Source: an uncultured Candidatus Saccharibacteria bacterium (GTDB lineage: Bacteria > Patescibacteriota > Minisyncoccia > Phycocordibacterales > UBA918). Taken from it: DNA of 64,000 bases. Every line of letters starts with the position of its first letter. The first letter of the stretch is position 1. The translations under genes were made by a program, and so were the position numbers. The notes beneath the pieces were generated by a model that saw nothing but the letters and a program-made list of their open reading frames with translations, did not search any database and had not been told where the DNA came from. The stretch spans positions 83,583 through 147,582 of the forward strand of contig CAYGKO010000004.1 of the NCBI GenBank assembly GCA_964350735.1. Direction: 5' to 3'. Shown here piece after piece: positions 18,548-27,803 of this stretch.

Positions 18548-20047
18548 ATGGCAAAGAAAAAAACAACAGCATCAAATGTAGTGAAACGCCCTCCTGTAGT
18601 GGTGATCATGGGTCATATTGACCACGGAAAATCTACCCTCCTCGACCACATTCGAGAGTCTAATGTCGTGGACGGTGAGGCCGGTGGCATCACCCAACAC
18701 CTGTCTGCCTACGTGGTAGAGCACAAGACCAGTGAAGGCGCTGAAGAAAAGATTACCTTCTTAGACACTCCTGGACACGCAGCCTTCCAGAAGATGCGTT
18801 TGCGTGGGGCTGACGTTGCAGACATCGCTATTTTGATCGTTTCAGCTGAAGACGGCGTAAAGCCACAAACCCTTGAGGCCCTGGAGAGCATTAAAGCAGC
18901 TGATATTCCTTATATCGTTGCAATAAATAAGATTGACAAACCTGGGGCTAATATTGCTCAAACTCAAGCCAGTCTCATTGAAAACGAAATCTACATCGAA
19001 GGTATGGGTGGCGATATTCCTTGGGTTGGTATTTCAGCCAAAACTGGCGAGGGTATTCCTGAGCTCCTCGACTTACTCATCCTGACCGCTGATGTAGCTG
19101 AGCTAACTGGAGACGCAAACGCTCCAGCTGAAGGACAGGTCATCGAAGCGTTGCTTGACCCCAAGCGTGGCAACACCGCTACTTTAATTATCAAAAACGG
19201 AACTCTCAAGAGTGGTGAGTTTGTGTTATCAGGCAAAGCATACTCCCCAGTTCGCATCATGGAAGACCATGTAGGGAAAAATATTCGAGAAGCTACCCTA
19301 GCTCAACCAGTTCGTATTGTTGGCTTCACCGAAATTCCAAAGGTAGGGGCTACATTCTCTACTGTGGCTACCAAGAAAGAAGCCGAGAAAGCGATCGAAG
19401 AAACAACATCAATTCCGAATGAAGCCCGGTTTGAGCGCACGAAACTACCGATCGTCCCGATTATGATTAAAGCTGATGTATCAGGCACGCTTGAAGCCAT
19501 CCAGCACGAACTCGATAAATTTGAATCAGACCGGATCGCTGTGCGCGTAATCGAAGCCAGTGTAGGAGATGTCACAGCAACTGATGTGCAAAGTGTGAGT
19601 GCCACTACTGACGCGATCATTGTTGGATTCAACGTTAAGGTAGAGCGTCCAGCCGTAGACCTAGCGGAGCGACTTGAAGTAGAAATCGACACCTTCAACA
19701 TTATCTACGAGCTAGCTGAATGGCTCAATACTGCTCTTAAAAACCGAACTCCTAAAATGGAAGAGAAGAAAATCACCGGACATGCCAAAATTTTGAAGCA
19801 CTTCAGTACCCAGAAAAATATCTATGTCCTCGGAGGACGTGTAGAGGAAGGTACTCTTAAACTCAATCAAAGCGTACGCATCACTCGACGTGATATTGAA
19901 ATTGGCACTGGTAAGCTCACCAACGTGCAGCAATACAAAAAAGACGTACAAGAGGTGTCCGAAGGTGAGTTTGGTATGCAAGTTCAAACCAAAACTGAAG
20001 TGGCAGCTGGCGACATGATCGAAGCCTTCGATATTGTTATTACCTAA
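18548..20047 (+). CDS. infB: Translation initiation factor IF-2, short form lacking the N-terminal extension
   Basis: G-domain [19 protein letters not shown]-terminal beta-barrel domains. Length is 499 aa. Confidence 0.92.
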   Translation: MAKKKTTASNVVKRPPVVVIMGHIDHGKSTLLDHIRESNVVDGEAGGITQHLSAYVVEHKTSEGAEEKITFLDTPGHAAFQKMRLRGADVADIAILIVSAEDGVKPQTLEALESIKAADIPYIVAINKIDKPGANIAQTQASLIENEIYIEGMGGDIPWVGISAKTGEGIPELLDLLILTADVAELTGDANAPAEGQVIEALLDPKRGNTATLIIKNGTLKSGEFVLSGKAYSPVRIMEDHVGKNIREATLAQPVRIVGFTEIPKVGATFSTVATKKEAEKAIEETTSIPNEARFERTKLPIVPIMIKADVSGTLEAIQHELDKFESDRIAVRVIEASVGDVTATDVQSVSATTDAIIVGFNVKVERPAVDLAERLEVEIDTFNIIYELAEWLNTALKNRTPKMEEKKITGHAKILKHFSTQKNIYVLGGRVEEGTLKLNQSVRITRRDIEIGTGKLTNVQQYKKDVQEVSEGEFGMQVQTKTEVAAGDMIEAFDIVIT

Positions 20048-20050
20048 ACT

Positions 20051-20389
20051 ATGAACGACCGACACATCCGCGTAATTACATTACTCCGTGAACTGGCGGC
20101 TACCTTTATTGCGCATGAAGCCAACACCGATCCAATGATCACGATCACGAACGGCACTACGTCACCTGACTACCGCAAAGTCACCCTCTTCATTACCACT
20201 ATTCCAGACGGTCGTGAGCAAGATGCTCTGATTTGGCTTAAGCGTCACAGCGGTGAGATGCGCCGTTTCATCATGAAAAAAAGTAATCTCAAAATAATTC
20301 CCCACTTTGAATTTGCAGTTGATGCCGGTGAAAAACACCGACAACACACAGATGACGTGTTCCGAGAAATTGAGAATGGGGAACGCTAA
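20051..20389 (+). CDS. rbfA: Ribosome-binding factor A
   Basis: Length is 112 aa. It follows infB immediately, the conserved infB-rbfA order. The VTITNGTTSPDYRKVTLFITT and IPHFEFAVD pattern fits RbfA. Confidence 0.75.
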   Translation: MNDRHIRVITLLRELAATFIAHEANTDPMITITNGTTSPDYRKVTLFITTIPDGREQDALIWLKRHSGEMRRFIMKKSNLKIIPHFEFAVDAGEKHRQHTDDVFREIENGER

Positions 20390-20391
20390 TT

Positions 20392-20431
20392 AAAAAAGCA
20401 GCGCGCCTAACGGGCGCGCTGCTTTTTGTTT
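20392..20431. terminator. Bidirectional rho-independent terminator
   Basis: aaaaaagcagcgcgcc-taac-gggcgcgctgctttttgttt. Confidence 0.85.
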
Positions 20432-20441
20432 GAGATTACAT

Positions 20442-20849
20442 CTAGTGACTCACTGCTGGATCCAGCGTGCCAGCTTCATCAATCCATTTCTGGACAGTTT
20501 CCGCGCTTGGTACTCGATCAGTCAGGTTCTTCTTTTCGTTACATTCTGCCATCGCCGCAGCTAGATTTTCTGCGTTACGGGTAGCTAGTTCCTTTACTGT
20601 ATCAACCCCTGCTTCCTCCATCAGATCAGTGTACTCTTCTCCTACACCATTAATCCGCATCAAATCTGATAGGTTCACCCACTCAAGCAGATGCTTTTCT
20701 GAAATTCCAGTTTCGGTCGCTACTCCTTCTCGACCCTTTTTGTCTCCACATCGGCGAAGTAAATCTTCCGTAGTTTGAATATCTACATCACGAAGCTTTT
20801 GTCCATATTCTGGTCCAATTCCTTCTACTTCTTCAATTTTATATGACAT
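20442..20849 (-). CDS. Helix-hairpin-helix repeat protein (DUF4332-like)
   Basis: Two HhH-like repeats EVEGIGPEYGQKL and INGVGEEYTDLM. Start placed at MSYKIEEVEGIGP; the ORF track begins 15 aa earlier. Confidence 0.5.
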   Translation of the reverse strand: MSYKIEEVEGIGPEYGQKLRDVDIQTTEDLLRRCGDKKGREGVATETGISEKHLLEWVNLSDLMRINGVGEEYTDLMEEAGVDTVKELATRNAENLAAAMAECNEKKNLTDRVPSAETVQKWIDEAGTLDPAVSH

Positions 20850-20897
20850 ATATTTTTGCAATCTATTTCTGATAAGCGAACCATAGTATACCAAACC

Positions 20898-21383
20898 CTA
20901 TGAACCAGTCGGCAGTGCCTGACAAGCTACACCGTCTTTGTTTCCATCTAGACGATTTACATCTGCTTCGACTCCCCCGGCATTTTCAAAGAAACGCTGA
21001 GCCTGGATCTGTGTATCAAAGTCGTCACAGTTGTATTCATCGGTATACTTTGCGCCATCGGTGCCCACTTCCACAATGTTACCGTCCATATCACGCAACA
21101 CACGAGTCATCAGACCACCATCAGCCCCGAGCTGCAGATCACCTTCTTCATCCCGCTCAACAAGTGAATCTGATACTGAACCAGTCTCCATCAGCGTACC
21201 CATATCAACATCGGTGTTTGCCACCTCTAGTCCAAGTGCAATCAACAGCACGGCCCCAATCCCCAACATCCACATCCGCGTCTTCTCAAAGAAAAACGCA
21301 ATTACTCCCACTACTACTAATAAACCAATAATGATAATCAATCGCGAATTTTTACTGCGTCGCCACGCTGCTACTTCTTTCAT
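20898..21383 (-). CDS. Membrane-anchored protein with a C-terminal Excalibur calcium-binding domain
   Basis: C-terminal DGNKDGVACQ (Excalibur DxDxDGxxCE). N-terminal TM LIIIIGLLVVVGVIAFFF. Start placed at the ATG at 21383 because the longer ORF would overlap tRNA-Cys. Confidence 0.55.
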   Translation of the reverse strand: MKEVAAWRRSKNSRLIIIIGLLVVVGVIAFFFEKTRMWMLGIGAVLLIALGLEVANTDVDMGTLMETGSVSDSLVERDEEGDLQLGADGGLMTRVLRDMDGNIVEVGTDGAKYTDEYNCDDFDTQIQAQRFFENAGGVEADVNRLDGNKDGVACQALPTGS

Positions 21384-21440
21384 ATAGGCATAAGTATAGC
21401 AAAGTAATTTGGCATCGAGGATATGCTCGCTTTTGTATTG

Positions 21441-21513
21441 AGGCCAGGACGAGATTCGAACCCGTGTATGTCGGTTTTGCAAACCGATGCGTTAACCGCT
21501 TCGCCACCTGGCC
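21441..21513 (-). tRNA. tRNA-Cys(GCA)
   Basis: Reverse complement folds with acceptor GGCCAGG/CCTGGCC; anticodon stem TCGGT, loop TTGCAAA; T-loop GGTTCGAATC. Confidence 0.8.
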
Positions 21514-21695
21514 AGGTGCTCAATACTTTATCATTTTACCCTTACAACACCAAGCAATTATGCTATCATTGCTGCCACTAACGCCGGAACCGACAGAATC
21601 CGTAGGAGTACAATATCTGAGAGACATTGTACCCAAGGACTTACTGAGTCCCTACTTATTCTAGAGACACTCTGACTTGGTACAGATGCATATTT

Positions 21696-21779
21696 GCCGG
21701 GATGGTGGAATCGGTAGACACGAGGGACTTAAAATCCCTTGCCTTCAAAAGCGTGCGGGTTCAAGTCCCGCTCCCGGCA
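21696..21779 (+). tRNA. tRNA-Leu(TAA)
   Basis: Acceptor GCCGGGA/TCCCGGC; anticodon stem AGGGA, loop CTTAAAA; long variable arm; T-arm GCGGG-TTCAAGT-CCCGC. Confidence 0.85.
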
Positions 21780-21851
21780 CAACAGGCTTGTATTCGTACG
21801 CTTTCTTGTGTACACTCTGGCCTAATATTTAATTCATTTAGGATTTCATAT

Positions 21852-21924
21852 CCGCCCTTAGCTCAGTTGGTAGAGCAGCTCCCTCTTAAGGAGACGGTCC
21901 AAGGTTCGAGCCCTTGAGGGCGGA
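21852..21924 (+). tRNA. tRNA-Lys(CTT)
   Basis: Acceptor CCGCCCT/AGGGCGG; D-arm GCTC-AGTTGGTA-GAGC; anticodon loop CTCTTAA; T-arm CAAGG-TTCGAGC-CCTTG. Confidence 0.8.
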
Positions 21925-21963
21925 CACGTACAGATGTGTTATGCTGTACCGAATCGAATATAT

Positions 21964-22045
21964 GCGGGTGTGGCGGAATTGGTAGACGCGCTAGTTTTAG
22001 GCACTAGTAGAGCAATCTGTGGAGGTTCAAGTCCTCTCGCCCGCA
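21964..22045 (+). tRNA. tRNA-Leu(TAG)
   Basis: Acceptor GCGGGTG/CGCCCGC; anticodon stem CTAGT, loop TTTAGGC; long variable arm. Confidence 0.85.
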
Positions 22046-22161
22046 CAAAGTAAAAAGTCGACAGCTTCTGCTGTTGGCTTTTTATTTGTGCAAGCAACGC
22101 AGGGCGGGACTTGAAAAAGTTGCTAGCTCCAAGAGCGCCAACTTGAACAGATTCTGTAAGA

Positions 22162-22190
22162 ATCAAGTCCTCTCGCCCGCACAAAGTAAG
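22162..22190 (+). repeat. Direct repeat of the 3' end of tRNA-Leu(TAG) plus flank, inside a degenerate partial tRNA copy
   Basis: tcaagtcctctcgcccgcacaaagtaa occurs at 22028-22054 and again at 22162-22188. The intervening 22095-22160 resembles a decayed 3' half of the same tRNA. Confidence 0.7.
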
Positions 22191-22213
22191 TAAAACCGCG
22201 ATTGCGGTTTTAC
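22190..22213. terminator. Terminator hairpin for trhO on the minus strand, also closing the tRNA cluster
   Basis: gtaaaaccgc-gat-tgcggttttac. Confidence 0.75.
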
Positions 22214-22220
22214 TTTACTC

Positions 22221-23279
22221 TCAGTTTTTAGTATGCAGTCGATGTTTTTTAAACTGATCACCTTTCCGTTTTCCTTTCCAAGCCGCATACCGCTTTTTCA
22301 AACCAGCCGGTAACTGATCAAGCGTCTTGCAGCCATACGAGCAGTAACCAGCCTTTTTCTCAACACAATCATCACAGCCCAAAAACAACACATGACACGG
22401 CTGAAACTTACAATGATAATGAGTATCACTCTTAGTAGTGCTACATAAATGGCAGCTAGAAATAATCTCTTCCCCAATCCGCTCGCCCAGACGTTCATCA
22501 AATACAAAGTTCTTGCCTTTAAATTTATTAGGCAGCCCCTCACGCTCGACTTGGTGTTTGTAATCAATAATACCACCTTTCAGGTGTCGCACGTCCGTAA
22601 AGCCGTTATGCTTCAACCAAGCACTCGCCTTCTCACAACGGATCCCACCCGTACAGTATAGCGCCACTTTTTTGTTTTTATGTACGCGCAGTAACTCTGG
22701 AACAATTGATAACTCTTCTCGAAACGTATCAACGTCCGGCTTGATAGCTGTCTCAAAGTGCCCCACCTCGCTCTCATACGCATTACGCATGTCTACCACC
22801 ACTGCCTCAGGGTCATCAATATATTCATTAAATTCAGCTGCGGTGAGATATGCGCCAGTGTCAGTCACGTCAAACGACTCATCACTGAGCCCGTCGGCCA
22901 CGATCTTATCTTTTACTTTAATGGTCAGTTTATAAAACGACGGTGCTTCACCTTCTTCGACTGCAATTTTGTACGGCACAGAAGCTAACTCCGGCACATC
23001 CTTATTAAAGGCATCAAACTGGTCCCAATGCTGCTTTGGTACATTCATCTGCGCATTAATCCCCTCCTTAGCCACATAGATCCGCCCTAAGCAACCTAAG
23101 ACTCCCCAGCGCTCTTGCAGCAACGTCCGGAACGCTACCGGGTCAGCGATCTGCACGTAGCGATAAAACGACAGGGTGATCCGTTCAATCCCGTCGTTTT
23201 CAATCCGCTGTTTTTGCTCCGTTCGTGATAGTACAACTGGCTTCATATTGGTAGCCACAATCCTATCACTAAATCTCAC
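22221..23279 (-). CDS. trhO: Rhodanese-domain tRNA uridine(34) hydroxylase (UPF0176/YceA family) with a Cys-rich C-terminal tail
   Basis: Rhodanese active-site loop LYCTGGIRCEKASAWL. Length is 352 aa. C-terminal CxxC...C...C cluster. Confidence 0.8.
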   Translation of the reverse strand: MRFSDRIVATNMKPVVLSRTEQKQRIENDGIERITLSFYRYVQIADPVAFRTLLQERWGVLGCLGRIYVAKEGINAQMNVPKQHWDQFDAFNKDVPELASVPYKIAVEEGEAPSFYKLTIKVKDKIVADGLSDESFDVTDTGAYLTAAEFNEYIDDPEAVVVDMRNAYESEVGHFETAIKPDVDTFREELSIVPELLRVHKNKKVALYCTGGIRCEKASAWLKHNGFTDVRHLKGGIIDYKHQVEREGLPNKFKGKNFVFDERLGERIGEEIISSCHLCSTTKSDTHYHCKFQPCHVLFLGCDDCVEKKAGYCSYGCKTLDQLPAGLKKRYAAWKGKRKGDQFKKHRLHTKN

Positions 23280-23308
23280 CCACGCAACACACAGACTGTT
23301 ATCTAAAC

Positions 23309-23336
23309 TTGATTTTTACAGAATATGTGCTATAAT
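23309..23336 (+). promoter_or_regulatory. Sigma70-type promoter with an extended -10
   Basis: -35 TTGATT, 17-nt spacer, TGtgcTATAAT at 23326-23336. About 90 nt upstream of the 23429 gene. Confidence 0.55.
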
Positions 23337-23428
23337 AAGTACAGACGTAAATCTTCATCTTGTTGCTCTACTCAGTTCTCTATCCAAAGAGAAGAACTGG
23401 GTAGTCCAGCATAAAAAACGGAGGGAGC

Positions 23429-23944
23429 ATGACTCTCAGAGATAAGTTCACCCACCAAATGAAGAGCGGGACAATCGGATTTCTTTCTTTCGTTCTCGCA
23501 ATTGCCTCAATTGTGGCAGTGTGGGCGTATGATTCATCATACCTTAATACATTGATGGATTGGAATCTGGCTAGCATCAAATGGGTAGCCGCTCAAATCC
23601 CCATCTACGGCGATAAGATGGAATCAGCTCTTCGCTTTCTAGCTGGGGAAAAAGCTTTGATTTTGATTGAGTTCGGTCTCGTATTCAAGATCTTCATCAA
23701 AATAATTGCTCCTATAATCCCTTGGAGGGTCGTGAGCATCTCAATCTTCATCGGGATTTTGGGTTGGGTTGCCTTTACCTTCCGAGAAAGCCTGCCGACA
23801 GCAGTTGGCGACTGGTTCGCCAACCTGATGAACCTGGCGACAGCTGGGGACAGCTGGGGACTGATCTACGCTGTGGGTCCGGTCGTTGTCACTACCATCG
23901 TGGTGGCTCTGACATGGGCTTTCAGGGGGAAGCTCTTCCGCTGA
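23429..23944 (+). CDS. Polytopic membrane protein, hypothetical
   Basis: Length is 171 aa with four predicted TM segments. Contains an in-frame gacagctgggga x2 micro-repeat. Confidence 0.55.
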   Translation: MTLRDKFTHQMKSGTIGFLSFVLAIASIVAVWAYDSSYLNTLMDWNLASIKWVAAQIPIYGDKMESALRFLAGEKALILIEFGLVFKIFIKIIAPIIPWRVVSISIFIGILGWVAFTFRESLPTAVGDWFANLMNLATAGDSWGLIYAVGPVVVTTIVVALTWAFRGKLFR

Positions 23945-24138
23945 AACAGGCGGCGTTGTCTTCGGACTGCGCCGCCTGTATTTTTTATAGTTTTATAAGA
24001 ATACCTATATTTTTAGGGGTATTATATCAAATTATGCTTGACTTTTTTATATAAATATGGTATCATATTGGCAGTGGTGAGGTTTGTCCCACCCTTGGAA
24101 ATCGCTCGGCGCTTTCGAGTAAGGAGCAATTTTCAGGG

Positions 24139-25521
24139 GTGACAGACCCCACCAACATCAACCCTACAGCGTGGCTTCGCCACGCTGATGAACAGGAGTT
24201 CATTGACATGGATACACATCTCAAAAAGGCCCTATGGTTTTTAGGAGCAGCTGCTTTCATTACAGCAGTTTACTTGCTCTTGCCCGCATTTGGCTGGAAT
24301 CCAGGATACTGGAGCTGGCCGATGCTTGGAACAGTAGTTATCTTATCCACAGCTGTTTTATGGCAGCTTTGGAAAGGTTGGTTAAGCAACTGGTGGACTC
24401 CAGTCCAGCAGACGCAAGCAACACCTCCTGGAGCTACACCACCTGCCACACCAGCAGTTCCTCCATCAACATCAATCAGAAGGAGCCATACTATGCAGAC
24501 TCTGTCTCCGAACGGTCTCACACCGTTTCAGCAGCAGATTTCCACCTTTTGTGCTGCAATAGCAGCATCTCTATTGACTGCTCGCATCATCGCTACCTTC
24601 GTTTGGAACACCGAGCAGGGATTCACGATCATTGCGATCTTTTCTCTACTCTACTTCCTGGTCGGAGGCGCTTATCTCAATGGTGGCCTCGAACACTCTG
24701 TACAGGGATTTCTTGGGAGGCCGACGCCATGGGTACTGATCAATGGTCTATCATGGGGTCTCCCTCGACCATTTGGCCAGTCCCTCTTTAGGCGTTCAAT
24801 TGCTCCTCAAACGAGCAACTTTGAAGGAGAGAATGCCATTGCTCAAGTTAACGCTCGGGACGGTGGCCAGGTAAGTGTTGGAGTAGTCAAACAATGGCGT
24901 ATTTGTGACGTACGATTAGCTGGACAATTTACACCCGAGGTACTCGCATCACGCGTACGTGATGTTGAAGACCGCGGTGTTCGCTGGTTTGCACTCTATT
25001 ACGACTCTGATGGAACCGGAGCAAACAACCTCACTCACCAAAAAGCGCCCTTCTCGCGCTACCTGATTGGTGACGAAACACTAACAGAGATCAAACTGTT
25101 CGATGAAAGAGGTGTCGAAACTGGCACCTACAGAATTGACCATAATGATCCAAACTCAATGCGTAACAAGTTTGCTTTGCTTGGTGTGGAAGCAATTACT
25201 GCTGAAGTTAAGGACGTCAATCCTCCGCAAGAAGTTATTGACGCTCGAAACGGAGCGGCAGCAGAAGCTGGTCAAGCTGAGAGTGAGAAGCGAGACATTG
25301 CATCTTTTCGTGCGCGAGTACTTGAAGCTCAATACGGAACAAGTGATCCGGATGAGATGAAGAGGCTTAGAAGTCAAGCTGGTTTCGAACCAGCAATGTC
25401 TAGAGAAGATGCTGTTCGCGAAGTACGAGCTGCACGAAAAAACCTCACCGACATCAACGTCAGCGGAAGCGCTGGTGATTTCACCAAAGGTGCTGCCCTT
25501 GGCGGTACCAAACAACCTTAA
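24139..25521 (+). CDS. Membrane protein with a C-terminal SPFH/band-7 (stomatin/prohibitin-like) domain
   Basis: N-terminal TM segments and a Pro/Thr linker. C-terminal VEAITAEVKDVNPPQEVIDARNGAAAEAGQAESEKR resembles the SPFH signature followed by an Ala/Glu-rich coiled coil. Confidence 0.55.
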   Translation: MTDPTNINPTAWLRHADEQEFIDMDTHLKKALWFLGAAAFITAVYLLLPAFGWNPGYWSWPMLGTVVILSTAVLWQLWKGWLSNWWTPVQQTQATPPGATPPATPAVPPSTSIRRSHTMQTLSPNGLTPFQQQISTFCAAIAASLLTARIIATFVWNTEQGFTIIAIFSLLYFLVGGAYLNGGLEHSVQGFLGRPTPWVLINGLSWGLPRPFGQSLFRRSIAPQTSNFEGENAIAQVNARDGGQVSVGVVKQWRICDVRLAGQFTPEVLASRVRDVEDRGVRWFALYYDSDGTGANNLTHQKAPFSRYLIGDETLTEIKLFDERGVETGTYRIDHNDPNSMRNKFALLGVEAITAEVKDVNPPQEVIDARNGAAAEAGQAESEKRDIASFRARVLEAQYGTSDPDEMKRLRSQAGFEPAMSREDAVREVRAARKNLTDINVSGSAGDFTKGAALGGTKQP

Positions 25522-25531
25522 GGAGGTTCCT

Positions 25532-26131
25532 GTGACAACCATACAAGACCTGCGAGGATGGATCTTGACTATCCTGATCATCATCGCAACCGTTGTTCTA
25601 CTTCGGTATTTATTGCCTGAGTTCGACACAATGCCAGAAAGCCGATCGGTGGCAGAATCCACCTTTCTCCAAAACTGGCGTTGGGTCGAGATTGCTGGAT
25701 GGATCATGCTCATTGCGGGCGTGATCGCATTCGCCGTGTCTTTGACCCGCTGGGTCGATGGTGGAGGCACAGTCGGCATCGTAGCTGCCATCGTTGGCGG
25801 TCTCGTGTTGGCCGGTTTCTACGGCACCGTCTCAGCTAAGCAAGACGGACTTTCCCTACCCGGAAGTTCGACGACGATCGACTGGACTAAGAACTTCAGC
25901 TCAGATGTCTTTGTAGCAAATGCTACAGGAACTAGAAAAGCTATGATCAACGACTGCGTAGTGTCTCCCGACGCAACGCATTCAATCAAAGGATCGTATG
26001 CCACTTGGACGCCAAAGAGTGGTGTAACCTCTGAAATCATCGTCTACTACTTCCCCAAAAAGAAAGGGAGTTGCGAAGCTGCCTACTTGGCTATTCAAGC
26101 AGCTCTCCAGGCGGAAAAAGCAGATGAGTGA
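25532..26131 (+). CDS. Membrane protein, hypothetical
   Basis: AAGGAGG RBS 6 nt before the GTG at 25532, directly after the upstream stop codon. Three predicted TM helices. The ORF track's ATG at 25409 would overlap the upstream gene. Confidence 0.5.
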   Translation: MTTIQDLRGWILTILIIIATVVLLRYLLPEFDTMPESRSVAESTFLQNWRWVEIAGWIMLIAGVIAFAVSLTRWVDGGGTVGIVAAIVGGLVLAGFYGTVSAKQDGLSLPGSSTTIDWTKNFSSDVFVANATGTRKAMINDCVVSPDATHSIKGSYATWTPKSGVTSEIIVYYFPKKKGSCEAAYLAIQAALQAEKADE

Positions 26132-26205
26132 CGGTTCTTTGGCATTGCCCTATTGCCGGGCTGGACCACTTCATGCATACGCATGTGGTGGTCCTTTTCT
26201 TTTGC

Positions 26206-26523
26206 CTACGGTATAAACGCTGACGGTGCAAAGCTGCTCCCCGGCTCTTGGACTTCAATCCCAAACGTGGCAGCAGCGATCGACAAAATAGCGAAGGCAG
26301 ACAACATTACCAGGAGCCCTATCAGCCCCCATAAAATGTGCTTACTCCCCTTCTCTTTTGCTTGTGGGTTACTCGCTCCTGCCACGTATTCAAAACAACC
26401 ATACAAAAACACAACTAGTGCAATTACGAGCATCAGAGTAATTAATGGATATAAAATAACTTCCAAAAGCTTATTGACAAAGGTTTGGGCAAAATCTGCG
26501 GCTGGTCCGGCGTAGGCAATCAT
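26206..26523 (-). CDS. VirB2/TrbC-like pilin-domain protein; paralog of the 7469-8140 N-terminus
   Basis: LYPLITLMLVIALVVFLYGCFEYVAGASNPQAKEKGSKHILWGLIGLLVMLSAFAILSIAAATFG is about 80% identical to the 7469-8140 product over ~90 aa. DNA-level identity is visible. Confidence 0.6.
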   Translation of the reverse strand: MIAYAGPAADFAQTFVNKLLEVILYPLITLMLVIALVVFLYGCFEYVAGASNPQAKEKGSKHILWGLIGLLVMLSAFAILSIAAATFGIEVQEPGSSFAPSAFIP

Positions 26524-26577
26524 ACGAAAGTGAGTCTGGATTCTGAACTAGTCAGAATCCAAGTCAATTTCCAATGA

Positions 26578-26943
26578 CTAGTTTGAAGTGGGAACGTTTG
26601 GCAGGTTCTCAATATTTTCATCATCTGAAAAACCAAGACCACCAGCGATCAGATTCACAATACCGAAAACTGATACCATAATCACAAATCCCACAATCGC
26701 ATAGATCATGTACGTCCGGCCCTCTTCTCGCTTATCAGAATCATCTCGCCCAATAATCAAGAAGTTGAACACACCGTAGAGGAAGAACAAAAGTGCTACC
26801 GCAAAAAGTAACGGGATCAATGTACTGTTAATAAAAGATGAGATATCACCAAGGAAGTCATTGATCTCTCCAAATTGGGCTCCGGCTACCGCTGGCATGA
26901 GCGCGAGCATAAAAGCACCTAGACTGACTGAAATAAATTTCAT
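26578..26943 (-). CDS. VirB2/TrbC-like small two-TM protein with a C-terminal NLPNVPTSN motif
   Basis: Signal peptide MKFISVSLGAFMLALMPAVAGA. Hairpin LLFAVALLFFLYGVFNFLIIGRDDSDKREEGRTYMIYAIVGFVIMVSVFGI. Confidence 0.55.
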   Translation of the reverse strand: MKFISVSLGAFMLALMPAVAGAQFGEINDFLGDISSFINSTLIPLLFAVALLFFLYGVFNFLIIGRDDSDKREEGRTYMIYAIVGFVIMVSVFGIVNLIAGGLGFSDDENIENLPNVPTSN

Positions 26944-27034
26944 ACAAACGTAACTAATTAATTTTTATACTATAAGTATACCGCTAAACTGGCTATATAA
27001 AAGGACTTTCTACCTACCCTGTGTATAGTGCACT

Positions 27035-27292
27035 TTACAAACCAAAGAGTGAATTGCGGAGTATTTCAAGAATCCCCCACACTCCTGACATCACTATCAG
27101 CACCAACACCCCAACCAGTGCTGTCTGCTTCCCTTCGTCCACCTTGGTTTGGTCGCCACCATTGATCACCCAGGCGTCAATGATCTTCCAGATGATGAAT
27201 AATAGCGTCAGGGCAAAAATAAGTGGTACCGCTAAGCTCAGTAAGCCGATGAATAAATCTACTAAATCTGCGAAATTTTTAGGTGTGCCCAT
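27035..27292 (-). CDS. VirB2/TrbC-like small two-TM protein
   Basis: Length is 85 aa. LAVPLIFALTLLFIIWKIIDAWVINGGDQTKVDEGKQTALVGVLVLIVMSGVWGI. Confidence 0.5.
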   Translation of the reverse strand: MGTPKNFADLVDLFIGLLSLAVPLIFALTLLFIIWKIIDAWVINGGDQTKVDEGKQTALVGVLVLIVMSGVWGILEILRNSLFGL

Positions 27293-27295
27293 AGA

Positions 27296-27802
27296 TTAGA
27301 TCGTTATCGCCTTAACTGTGCCTTCAATGACTCTCAGAATAACGAAAGCACCGAGAATAAGAATCCCACCAATCACTGAGTACAGCAAAGCTTTGTTGGC
27401 TTGAGAGATCTGTTCCGGATTGCCCCGAGCGGTGACGTACAGGAAGCCAGCGTAGATAATAAAAAATACGATCAACGGAGTAGCGAAGACCAGAACTACT
27501 TCAATCAGATCCATGAACAGATCAGTGATGGAGGTAGCTTTGAGAGGATTTTTGATAGTGACAGAACCTCCGCCAGAAGGAGATTCCCGCTCGCCAACTT
27601 CGCTACCATCTCCCCCAAAAGCGTCTAGAGGATCTCGCTCGCCAACTTCACCAACGTCGCCTCCGAAAGCGTCTGAAGGATCTCGAGCTCCAACTTCACC
27701 AACGTCGCCTCCGAAAGCGTCTAGAGGGTCTTCAGCAAACGTAAAATGAACAACTGCTAACTGGGAGCAGATCATTAGACATATCACTAGTAAAAATTTC
27801 AT
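27296..27802 (-). CDS. VirB2/TrbC-like protein with N-terminal tandem DPxDAFGGDVGEVGxR repeats
   Basis: Signal peptide MKFLLVICLMICSQLAVVHFTFA. Three or more 18-aa repeats. C-terminal hairpin LVFATPLIVFFIIYAGFLYVTARGNPEQISQANKALLYSVIGGILILGAFVIL. Confidence 0.6.
   Translation of the reverse strand: MKFLLVICLMICSQLAVVHFTFAEDPLDAFGGDVGEVGARDPSDAFGGDVGEVGERDPLDAFGGDGSEVGERESPSGGGSVTIKNPLKATSITDLFMDLIEVVLVFATPLIVFFIIYAGFLYVTARGNPEQISQANKALLYSVIGGILILGAFVILRVIEGTVKAITI
27560..27730. repeat. Intragenic tandem DNA repeat, about 54 nt x 3, encoding the DPxDAFGGDVGEVG units
   Basis: gatctcg(a/c)(g/t)c(gc/t)ccaacttcaccaacgtcgcctccgaaagcgtct(a/g)gagg repeated head-to-tail. Confidence 0.7.
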
Positions 27803-27803
27803 A

